DNA of 61,733 bases, filler included, from Sphacelaria rigidula (Eukaryota), in assembly GCA_964200075.2 (NCBI GenBank). It is 10 parts of 10 records of this genome, joined end to end, with 100 filler letters (N's around TTAATTAATTAA, not from the genome) between each part and the next. Parts side by side here need not be neighbours in the genome. Positions count along the whole stretch, not along the records: positions 49,468 to 55,550 come from CAXNAA020022356.1; positions 55,651 to 61,733 come from CAXNAA020022357.1; 8 more parts are not named here. One strand, written 5' to 3'. Every line of letters begins with the position of its first letter. Position 1 is the stretch's first letter. Shown here one piece after another: positions 50,237-61,733 of the stretch. The position numbers and the translations under genes are program-made. Below the pieces are notes generated by a model. It made no database searches. It was not told the DNA's origin and saw nothing but the letters and a program-made list of their open reading frames with translations.

Positions 50237-53200
50237 GCCGATAAATGATTTTTGGGTGGTACGCGTGAACCAGCCCCTACGGGAAGATTTTTTTGTCCAA
50301 GATGTCAGCCATGAATTAAGACCTACAAACTGGGGTGAACCCGCCTAAATCGCCTCGACAAATAGAGCACACGTACACGTTTCAAAAAACGTGAACCTGG
50401 CACTACCGTCTGTACACCCCGGGGACCCCCGACGACCGCTTAGCCCGTCAGTAGTTTTAATTTCATCAAGAAACGATTTTCTTGGGCAGGAATGTGTCGG
50501 ATTATCAGCAGCAATCTCTCCATCCCAAAGGTTTGATATCCAACGTGACACCCTTAGACCACGAGAGTGGGTCATCTGGCCATACAGCAGTAGTTCTCCA
50601 AATGAAACTGATGCTGATTCAACAGATGACCTGTGGTCACCGTCAGAGGTAGTTTTTCAAGTGAATTTGGTCTTGATTCTATATGTTAGCCCGTCTTATC
50701 AAATTGCTTTCGTGTCGAAAACGTGCGGTCATATCGAATTCTCTCGATTCTCATTCGGCCACGCTCTTGAATTTCTCAGATGATTGAGAACATGGATATG
50801 TCGTGGACGTATCAGGTAAGAGCGAATTTGATTCCATCACACGTGTTCGAATCGAAAACAATTTGATAAGACGTGGCCTTATTATACCTATGCTCGAAAT
50901 CATGTGCCATCAACCCTTTGACCGTGAGATGACCTGTAGTCTAGAAAGTGAGACGACCTGCAGCGACGCCTGCAGTCACGGGAAAGGGTAGTTCAAGTTT
51001 TTCAAGTGAATTTGATGTCGATTCAACATGTGATCTCTGCTCTCGTTCATGTGCCATCAACCCTTTGGCAGCGGAGCATAGGTCATTGGATCAACATAAA
51101 TTTGACTTGAAAAAAATACTGCTTGGCCCGATGACCTACCCTCGCGGTCGAAGGGGTTATAACCTTGATGGTGAGAGCAAAAACCACGTTCAACAGATAT
51201 TACAGACCAAACGGCTGCTGGTGCATCAAAACTGAAGCATTACTTGTATGCATCTAGGTGCCGATAGACGACTGTTTGGCGGAAAGTAGTTTTGGTGAAG
51301 ACGGGGTGGTCAGACGGGCCACCTCAGCATTATTTTTGCTGCCAAGTCCATAACTCAACATGCCTGAGAGTCCGGATTCCTGCCAAATGCTTCATTTCCT
51401 TATTTTCATTCGGAGGCGTCAAATTTGTCGTACCACGGGCATGTTGGCATGTTGCTTCGATTGCTGACAAGTTTTGGGGCAGACAGGGCCACTCAAAAAT
51501 TCCAGCACAACCGTACGGTACAACAGGACTGTGCGGTCCAGTTCACACTGCAGCTCGTTGGTGACGAAAACCTCACATGAGTACACGAAAAGAAGGACGA
51601 CTAACTGGAAAGATGAGAAGCCACCCAGCTTTTCCGGCGGATAAAACCTTGGAGATAACGCGAGGTGCAATCTCATGAGGCAAGGCCTGTGCCGCCTGGC
51701 CGGTTGTTCAAACAGGAGAAGAGTATGAGAGCACATGTAAACCCTGAATTATTCAAAAATGCAGCAGTGTCACATATTTGAGACACCTGCTCTCGTGCTG
51801 CATGACGCTGGACACTTTCGCTTAGTCTGTTGGCGATCATACAGCGTGCGACCCCAGGGCTTCACGCGGAGCAAAATTACATCGTACTGTAACACCCCTG
51901 GTAGAGAGGCGCTGCTGCCCTTTCGAAAAAGAGTTGACATCACGGCAGCACCAGTATGTTCTCGTCTGTGAAATGAACCGACTCGTCCACGGGCCACCCG
52001 CCGAGGCTGCTGGGAACGGCTAAACGGTTCAACGGTTTGTCGTATACGCGCTTAAAAGTTGGTACACATCGCGTAAGTATCCAAGGACATATGACTGTTG
52101 TAGAGCGCGGTATAGAACTGGACGGTGAAGTGCTGTAACTGCTGGGCGGTCCAGGCGCTCAACGGTACAGAAATATGTGGATGGGGCAACAGGACTAAGC
52201 TTGTGGCCATGGTATCAGGACTTGAGCACTCGCTTGTGGGGCGCTTGGCGCGCGATCGTATCGGTATTTCCATGTAGTACAGTAGGTCACTACTCACGGC
52301 TCCACAACTGTTTGGTCTGTACTGTAATCTGCAGTACAGCTGCACTGCCAGTACAACAACAACATGGTTACACTATACTCGGCTCTTGAAGAGATTAAAT
52401 CCAGCCGCAGGTCACATAATCGATCACTTCACCACGAGTACGCCACATGAAGAGAGTCCTGGGTGGGAAAGATGCCACGTATAACTGTCATGCACCTGTC
52501 GATTCTGTACTGAAGTAAACTGCCTTCGCGTGGTACAGCTTTCGAATCCCCTTCGACACCCACATTCCTCGTCATCATTTCTAGACATACGTACAGCACC
52601 TCCTGTTTCAAATTCCAACCGTTTCGCGGGGGGCACAGTTTGTTCTCGAATCATTCTGGCAAGAAAAAGATCTTCATTGCGTCGTCGGCTATACTGCACC
52701 CTCAGAGACAAGTCTGCAGCTATACCAATGTGCAACCGTTGGTGAGAGGCTCTTACAGACAAGCCCTTGCCTTCGCCACACAACATCGCCAACTGGAGAC
52801 CGCAAGCCTGGATGTTTAAATGCTATGTGTTGTGCGTGGTGTGTGTGAAATGCTGATACTTTCGTCATAACAAAAAGTGCACAGAAGCAGTCCACGTGGA
52901 ATTGCTTCTCATGTCATATCCAGGTTCGCCAAAGCACCATTCGTAATGTCTTCGAAACAACGAAGAAGTGGAGCCAAAAGCAAAACTTGGGTTCACATCA
53001 AATAGCCCCATGAGTCCATGCACCTTGCTCCTTCCAACTGATGTACAGTTTTCACTGGCTCACTACGCATGGGGCGAAGAGGCTATTGTACCCCGATGCA
53101 TCGACGCATACCGAACGACTATAAATTAGTTGCGGGAGGCGGACCGCGCATCTATCTCGAAAGAGTGTTTGTCCGACTGGTGACTTACTGTCTGTGAGAG

Positions 53201-56200
53201 GGAGGGGAAAGTATTCTGCGCCTGGAGTTCTACTACTGTACTGTCTCGTGCTGTCTCATGTCCGAAATCTTCCACTTCCTTTTACGCCGAACAAGCGACG
53301 AGCACGCCGTCGTATTTCGTCAACACCAAGCATGTTAACTAGATGTTCATGGTCACGCATGGCATATTCTCGCATTACGGCAGGCGACCACACCATGGGC
53401 GCGCACAGTGGACGCAGGAGACTAACCGCTGCGACAACTGAACAACGACCAACACACTGTAGACGAGTACAGTATGATAGCGGTAAGAGAAAAGCATAAA
53501 GTATACATACAAAGAGACGCGCATATAACACGACCGGGCCGACTTGGTTTACTTGTTGATAGAGAGGACATGCCACCGACAGTTGTTCGTCGTTTCAGAT
53601 ATTTGCTTTCAGAACGAGGTGCCCACTGCAGTACCGTGGTGTTCATCACCTCGAGCTTTCAAGCGACTGAGTACGAGAGAAACCAGATAGCGACCGCCGC
53701 CAGTAAGCGAACACGTCCTCGATGCATGCCGGTCGTGAATATACGAACCATACTCTGGCAAACCTAACTGGTGTTCCAAGGGTCCTGTATACTTGCCCCC
53801 CCAGTAGCAAAACAGGAAGCACACAACACCTGATCATCAGGCCGGGGTCTTGACATGGTGCCCTGTTATCCCGGTTTCCTTTACACCACTGAGCTTTCCA
53901 GAGATTAGTAGATAATCCCTGCTCAGAAACCACTGGCTCTCTCCCTCTCCACTTCCTCACACGAACCCCCTCAGTCCCACTCCTCTGTCGATATGTTTCA
54001 CTAGCGACTGTACTCTGATCCTGAACCAAATATTTTTAGAGGCGTTTTGAAGAGTGCGGGGATCGGGAATAAAGATCATTATCCACCGTCAGTATATAAT
54101 TCGGAACAGTTATTGCGGCATGGGCTGGCGGGGTGTGTTGTTGCGATTCCTGCTGCACCGTACGGTGTGCGGCAGTGAAGTGAGCCAGTGCTGTGCAGCA
54201 CAATTTCACCTAAACAATTACAGTGCTGATAGCCTTGGATTTTGTGGACCAGCATTTCGGCAAAGCTCCTGTCCGCCACAGTCGGTTGTGCAGACAGTGT
54301 GCTTATTCTTCACGATCCAACAGCAGTATCGTATCTAAAGTACAGGACAGGGAGGGTGTGCCAGTGCTACCAATGGGGTCTCCCCAGTCACGACGAAAGC
54401 GCCGGCGGACGTTCAGAGCGCAGTCCACCTTCAGGAAGCAGACAATAGCAAGGATGGTTCCTTTTCTGGCTGTTATGGGGGGAGTTGTAATGATTGTTAT
54501 AATGTGCATCAGACAAGCATTGCGGCCAGGGGGTAATAGGTCTCGCCCTGGGAGGTCTCATGCCAGGGAAACTATGCTGTTGGCGATCCTGCTGCAGGAG
54601 CAACACGAAATCAACTCACAGGTACAGTATGCAAAAGGTGACGCGTGCTGTCAAATATTTATCGCTACTTTGTGCCGCCCTGGAGATTTATTTCCGTGAC
54701 GGGTACATCTCGCCCCTCCAGTAAGGTTGAATGGCATAGATTTTCGTCGCGTTGAGCTCGAATAATATCGGGCGCCTACGTAGCGTAGGCGCCGCAGTGC
54801 TGGTCATAGTTGTAGACACAGAACAACACACCAATACCAAACAGCCACAAGAGGTTAAGTTATTGCATGTTCTCGACACTCTCTGCCAACCGTCCCAATA
54901 CAATGTAATGTTTCATAGGGTACCTTGGACGTTTCAGAATACACTTCTGTCTCGGCATCCATCCAACAATCTCGACCTCTAAAATCCTGACCTCTAAATA
55001 ATAGGCACAAGACCCATACATGGGGATAATTTTGTAGTCAATTAAATTATTTGCGCGAAGGGCGATTATGTCTGAGCGTTCAAGATCGGCACCCTGCAAA
55101 CACTGAGGGTCCGTTTGAAATTAGCCGAAGGACTAAAATATGGGACATGTCTTATCTCACTGTACTGCAGCACAAACACTCACTTCCGCTCTCACGTGCT
55201 GTAGCCATCACTATTCTGTGGTTTGTTTAGACCTTGCGAAGACGGTGTGGTCTCCGGTGAGATTGCTTGATGTGCTGTATTGTTGTGTTCGTCTCTCTGT
55301 AACATATAGCATCAGTCAGGACGCAGTGCTGTCTGCACACTTGACTGTCTGTTGAATTTTTTTGTTCATGTTACCCGGACCTATCACTTGCGCGATACCG
55401 AACACGGCCGGGCAAAGGCGCACAACCAGCACCAGTACACACCGCTCGACCGGCTGGGCCAGACCCCATGCTCCAATGAAAAGAGCAACGCACAGCACAG
55501 TGCGGATACACTGCACCGCCAGGGTACTGCTTGCACCCGTCAGCATGCCGNNNNNNNNNNNNNNNNNNNNNNNNNNNNNNNNNNNNNNNNNNNNTTAATT
55601 AATTAANNNNNNNNNNNNNNNNNNNNNNNNNNNNNNNNNNNNNNNNNNNNGGGGGGGGGGGTAGGGAGCGCAGGAAGCTGTTGATGTACCCTCGCAGGCG
55701 AGACCAGCTACCTTCGGAATTAGGAGCAATTTTGTATGTGGGGGGGGAGGGGGGGGGGTCCCTGCTAACGTAATTCACGGTGCATTTGTTTTGGTATTGT
55801 CTCATCGTTACTTCAACAGCCTGGGTCACAGAAACGTCACAGGGAGGCGCAAACAATACATTCCCGTAAACAATCCATGTATAAACATTTACATAAGTAA
55901 TCTTGTTCCTGCCAACTCACCGAGAAAATCATCTGCGCTACTGACAGGCCAGCACTTCATTCTCTCGAGCTCTGAGAGAACATCTTCTTTACTTGATCTC
56001 AGATTGCGTTCTAGTTCTGTCACGTCTCGAACGCTGACAGGCCATGTTTCCCTCGGCCTTAGGGTGCGTCCTGTTCGGGTTTAGAGGAGTAAGTGCATTT
56101 GCTTTCCGCTGCTGTGTTCTGCATGGCGTTGCGGTGCGTTCCATTCGACGCGTTGTGCGTGTGCGTCTGCTAGCCCGTTCCCCTTCTGGGGGTTAGGCAA

Positions 56201-57562
56201 AAGTTTGCGGCTGCCTTTCTTCGCTGCGGCGATTCGATTCCTGTCACCAGTCTTTTAAGTCGCGGGTTGGTTGACCGTGGCCGTTTTGACCCCTTAACCG
56301 CCGGAGGTGTCCATTTGTGGAATCGACATCATTTTCACTCGAGATCCGGAAAAAACAACAGTAGACACTGTCCGACAGGAGAGCGTTGATCCCCTCTGGC
56401 GTCGCGATGCCTTCCGTCCGATGCGTTGTGCGCATCTGTCTATTTCCCTCTGTTGTCCTGGAAACTAGAGGTAGCACGCGGCTGAAGTTTTTTGGATGCG
56501 GCAATTCCGATTGCTGTGTCACCTGTCTCTTGGGCTCGGGTTGACGGTGACCGTTTCGACCCTCTGACTACAGCCGCGGGGTGTTTTATACCTATTCGTC
56601 GGATCGTCATCATTTTCAGTCATTTTCAAGGTGCAAAACGATAACAATTCAACAAAGTGGACACCTATGGTGGTCAAAAGATCCATTCAACGCTCTCTGA
56701 GTACTGTCCCGGAAAGCAAGACGGTCAAGGGTTGCTCGGTGCGCTTAGACATCGGTGTGTATGTTTGCCTGCTGGTGCGCGTGTGGGGGTTTCGACGACA
56801 CACTGCAGCCAGTACAAGCCCGTACAGTTGTACATCATTAAGCAGTGGTGTCTGTGGCCGGGTGGATTTCTTCAACAGTGTAGTGATGTAATGTACCGTG
56901 AAAGGAAAATGCCGCATTCTGCCGCCGATTTTCGTGTAAATTGGGACTCGATTCATTGAGCGTGGAGGCGTAAGCCGCCGAAGCTCTAGTATATATGCAT
57001 TTACATATATTTCCTTCAGCAGTACTGCGCCTAATCTAGCGTCACGCTTGTCACCACATCTCCAACACGAGGCGCGCATGAGATATCGGACTCGACGAAG
57101 CACGTCGTCTCGACAATACTGGCACACAACACACAGGCCACCTCAGTAGCTACCTCCTTGCGCAAAACTCGGCTCAACGATACTTCCCACGGCGCACACA
57201 CGGACAATGGATATTTCGCAATTTCTGGCACAGCAGATACACTCACTGTACAGGCAGCAAAGATTCTCTCGCAGTTCGGCACCTGAAACGTGGTTGCACA
57301 GAACTCACGCTGTGCTACCTAATGTGCATTGTCGGAGCACAGACAAGCAGGGCTTGCTCGCAGCGATAGTTTAACGCCATGGATTCCGTCTTCACCTCCG
57401 TTGTCTCGCTGCGACGGAGTCTCACGTTGGGACTCGGTGCGCACGTCACTTCAATCTGCTCAAAAAAGGCAACGAGTGAATTCTCTCCCTACATGTACAT
57501 GTGGAATGTACAATACATCGCGCTTGTTTTTCTTGCAATCGATCACCATCGCTGTGTGCTGA

Positions 57563-57752
57563 GCGCGTGTCTTAGCACACTAGTCTTCGATCGAAAATGT
57601 GCGGTGGAGAAACAAGAATCCCGATCTGATAGGCCGTGACTTCAACCATCGTCGTCAATTTGAAGACGGTTGAAATCACGACCTATCAGATGGGGATTCT
57701 TGTCTTTCCACCGCACATTTTCGATCGGAAAATGATGTGCGAAGACACGGCC
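57563..57752. mobile_element. Second copy of the palindromic Harbinger-type MITE
   Basis: Homologous to 42010-42199; flanks tga / tgc. Confidence 0.78.
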
Positions 57753-58004
57753 TGCTACAGATTGTCCTGACAAAGTGGAGGTCAAGTGTGCAGCGTCTGG
57801 ACCCAAAACCCACGATACCTATCTATCATCTAAAACACAGAAGGTGTTTAATCGTACATGAAGATAAATGAATGAATAAACAAAAGTCGGCAAAACACTG
57901 CTAACCGACGACAACAACGCAAGCACGCCTACATGTATTCGTTGATCCGCTTTCATTCCCCTTGTTCGACAGCGCGAAATGTAAAGCAACGCAATAAGAC
58001 ATAC

Positions 58005-58752
58005 CTTGAACAGAGCCCGCGCGTCGGCGGCGTTCTTGAGCCCGAGAACACGCTCATTACCGGATCTGAAAAGTAGCACCACAACCTGTGAGCCTTCCTT
58101 CGTCGGCAAAGATTCGAAGTTGATGTCGTCCCGAGTTCTGGGCGCACGGAGACGGCACAAGCGGGGGGGGGCGGGGGGGAGGGGCGTACTCATTTGTTGC
58201 TTGCCTTAGTCGTTTGANNNNNNNNNGTGGTTGGGGCGGGGGGGGTGTTGGTGCGTGGGGGGGGCGGGAGGATACGCGCGTACTCATTTGTTGCTTGCCT
58301 TAGTCGTTTGAACATTCACCACGCATCCCTTTCTAGACGGGGCACTGTTCCTACTCCTTATAGAGACACCTTCAACATTTGGGTGCTCATGACGTTTCTT
58401 TATTGCACAAGAACCTCTCATATATCCCATCCCCGTCCTGTTCCGCCGCATGTGACCACCGCCTATCTCCTAGTATAGCCATCGTTTTTGTTTCGCTTCT
58501 GTCTAATGCATCAAGCGATTTCATTCCACCTTCGTTCACGTGCCGCATTTCCACCTCTAGCACGTTCAGTTCCTCCTTGTAGGGCACGAGGGGGGGGGGG
58601 GGGGGAGGGGGGGGGGCCCCGTATAGCTTGTGAGGGGGCGGTTTTAGGGGGGGGGTAACCCGTCCATNNNNNNNNNNTCGTTATAACCCACCCGGGCTGC
58701 TCCCCCCCGTCTCGGCACCGCCCTTTCTTCCCGCCGCGGCGGTGTCCCGCCT

Positions 58753-58783
<31 letters not shown>

Positions 58784-59746
58784 AGGGGGGGGGCACCGTA
58801 TAGCTTGTGACGGGGCAGTTTTCAGGGTGGTGTAACACGCTCATCATCAAATCGAAGAAAAATTTCTGTTGATACAGCCCGTTTGTCCTCTCTTGGGTGG
58901 CAAATTTTCCAGGTTGATGACACTCTGACTTTTGGGGGTCGGGCGAGTTTCACCCACTGCACCGCCCCGGCGACGCGGTAACACACACGCCTGCCTGTCG
59001 GTCTTGACTGCTTGCTGATCATGTGTTTGGTAAAACAACGTCTGGACCTCTCTCTGTCTGTCGCCCCGCTGGGACAACGACATCTCACCTGTGAGAGTAG
59101 TTGAAGTCATTCCTTCAATTCGAAGCAAGGCGGGTGGGCGGGGAAGCAGATACAGGAAGACAGAACAAGAAGAGCAACAGTGGGAATAAAACGGCGAAAA
59201 GTAAGCCCTCGCGCTGAAAAACAAAAGTGGCACATCACATACGACAAGATATATATGTTATTGAGTTTCAACGTTGGTTTGCTAGACGAGACGCGGCTCT
59301 TGCGGACTAACACGAGGGTGTCATCCTGACAAAATTGTGCCGACGACAGTAAAACGACAATGAGAAATTCCAACCACGTATGACAAACACAGAGGAAGCA
59401 TGGGAATATGGAAACAAGGGGATTTTCTGCCAATAGACACGTACGCACGCACGTGCGTGCGCACACACCGGAGGATGGGCAAACCCCTTCTAGAACATGT
59501 ACAAAGAATTATGTATACCCACACATACACTCATGGGCTGCAAGGGTACATGCCTACAATCGCTCATTCCGCAAACAACAAATACCAGACGCTGAAGACA
59601 CACGCAAACACAACGTACACAGTACGCGAGCACAACGTACAAAGTACGCAAAGCGTGCAGCACAAGAACAAAACGTACAGCATAAAACGTACACACACGC
59701 ACGCACGCACGCACACACGCACACACACGTACACACACACGCACAC

Positions 59747-59804
<58 letters not shown>

Positions 59805-60710
59805 CACCTCCACCCGGCATCAAGTCGGAACGATAAAACCTTGTACACGAACTCGTTTTTCCTCGGGAACCTGTTGACCTTGAGCGCTCGTCCAGACAAC
59901 CGCTTGGTAAGAACCTTGTCCTTCTCAAGAGCGTCCCGAACCGCCGACTTGACCCCGTCCGCCGCAACAACAAAATCTGCCGACAATGTCTCGGCGTCGC
60001 TTGAAGGTGCGGGTGCTGCTCCCGATGACGGCGACGACGCCAGAGTCAGGGTAGCGCCCACGCCACCCGCCGCCTCGTGCCATTCGGTAGCGACGCACTG
60101 CACTCCGAAGCGCACGGTGACGGCATCGGAATATTTTTCTCGAATTTCTTCGAGGAGGCAGCTTGTCAGACGGTCTCGAGCTATCACCTGTGTTTTGTGA
60201 CATCGTTGTTTGCGCGGGCGCGGCGGCGATTAACACCCGTTTTTGTTGTGTATGTCATCGATTGCGCCGTTCATCCGGGCGTGTGTGCGTAAGATGCGTC
60301 GGGCCATGGCTGCGCGCGGATTAGAAGGGCGAAGTCGCTGATGTGGCGAGAGTGAGAGGTTGCCATGCACATATCGTAGAGTGGTGGAATAAAGTCGATC
60401 CTGCTTTTGGCACCCGGGCCAGTGCATCAGCGCCTGAGGTAGCACGCTTATTATCCACATATTTCTCGCAACGGAAAGTAAAGGCTGCCCCCCCACCCCC
60501 ACCCCCCGTTGCTCTTCCTCCTTCTATCCCGGTGATACTCGCTCTCGCTCTCTGCGCGTGTGGATCATTCATGGCCACTTCAAGTAATTGGCCGTGAAAG
60601 CGAGCGAGCGCACTTCTTTTTCCTGGTATTCTCACCTTGGTGGTGTACTTCCGCTCTGAAAATATTCGCTCCGCTCCCTCAGGCGTCTCCGGGGTCCAGT
60701 CCTTTCGCCC
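58005..60710 (-). CDS. FAD-dependent monooxygenase (kynurenine 3-monooxygenase-like), internal part; exons 60710-60636, 60187-59808, 59112-59089, 58137-58005
   Basis: GRKDWTP..RKYTTK/VIARDRLTSCLL...ADFVVAADGVKSAVR...LDAGWR/NDFNYSHR/TRDDINFESLPTKEG; DG fingerprint of group A flavin monooxygenases; intron phases 0, 2, 2 are consistent. Confidence 0.82.
59690..59802. repeat. (CA)n microsatellite directly after the monooxygenase donor site (reads (TG)n on the coding strand)
   Basis: Direct reading. Confidence 0.95.
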
Positions 60711-61733
60711 CTGCGGGAATCAGTGGCGACCACAGATGAGGCCGTTTGTCGCACTTGAGTGGAATGTACGATGCGATTAGAGTTCTTGAGTCAGCCAATA
60801 TGACTGAATATTTGAAAATTGTGTTCCGTAAGGTACGTGTATGTTTCGGTGGGGGAAGAGATTTCTTGCAGAACTGACACAACTCTCGGGAATCGGTATG
60901 GAAGTCTTACAGAACTTACAGAGCCCGCCGGGTAGGTTACAGAGGTTGTACAGAAGCCTTTACCTGAAACCGAGAACTTCTACGAGGGTGTACCCGTACA
61001 CCGCGCAAGGATAAAGGTGTCGTACGGATCGACTGTCGGGTACCGGTATGGGAGGCTTACAAGCTGGCTCAAGGTGAACGCCAAAAACAAATTCCCACTG
61101 GATACAGATCGTAAAGTTGACCCGATAAAACATATTTGGTATCAGAGTGACCCCCACGAGCAAGCGGACAGTGTGGGATGGCCAAAACACTTCCTGCGTC
61201 CCTTGCCGTGGTGCTGGTGGTGAAAATATTTATCGGTCAATTAAGGGCCTTCAAATTGTTCTGAAATTTAAAAAGCGAATTCCCGACACAATTTGTACCC
61301 AATCTCACCACGAATCAAGCCTTGGTGACCGCCATCAGCTAGGGGATCTAACACAGAAATCTGCTTCAAAAACGGTTTGTACGGGATCAAGCGTTACCCC
61401 GAGGCGTGGTATTTCGGTGACGACACTTTCTATGATACCCCCCCCCCAAAAAAACAGCCAAACAGTGTCACGAAAAAAATGGTCATACAGCGCCTGATGT
61501 TTGGGTTCAGGCTGCATGAACGCCTCATAAGAGCGACATTGGCGAGAACGAACCCAAGCTTGGGAATTCCCAGCTGCTCGTTGTGCTCGGCTTTTTCCAG
61601 TTCGATTTACGTGAAGATTTTTCCTCCTCAAACCAGGCACTTATTTGGGGGGGGGGGGGGGGGGGGGAATTGTAGGGAGTTTGGGGGGGGGGGTGTGTGG
61701 GTTGTGGGGGTTTGGGTGGGTGTTTTTTGTGAA

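Noticed and set aside
6085..55650. Periodic ~6.18-kb TTAATTAATTAA motif as a biological signal
   Set aside because: Always embedded in fixed N44 blocks; a standard six-frame-stop assembly linker.
25974..60710. Lipid/isoprenoid gene cluster (HMGR + GH30 + monooxygenase + PPR)
   Set aside because: Each gene is on a different, artificially joined contig.
1..61733. Endogenous giant-virus or bacterial segment
   Set aside because: No dense intronless gene arrays and no recognisable NCLDV or prokaryotic genes.

Overview
Eukaryotic, intron- and repeat-rich genomic DNA, most likely a stramenopile and probably a brown alga (inferred from gene content, intron sizes and repeat landscape). The window is not one locus. 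It is ten unrelated contigs of 6083-6084 bp joined by an artificial 100-nt linker (N44-TTAATTAATTAA-N44). Splicing by hand recovers partial genes for APC10/DOC1, a TRAPP Trs65/TRAPPC13-like protein, class I HMG-CoA reductase, a GH30 glucosylceramidase with a ricin-like segment, a divergent clathrin heavy chain exon and a kynurenine-3-monooxygenase-like flavoprotein with a 24-nt microexon. There is one complete, intronless 824-aa P-type PPR gene. The rest is decayed Ty3/Gypsy and RTE-type LINE sequence, a tRNA-derived SINE family, several MITE families whose TSDs and TIRs can be read directly, and microsatellites. The most interesting items are the near-consensus intronless PPR with a readable RNA code, a Gypsy element with a Tudor-like C-terminus and an 88-bp tandem array before its PPT, and a very abundant G-tract-flanked ~70-bp module. 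No database searches were run; all family calls are by motif recognition.
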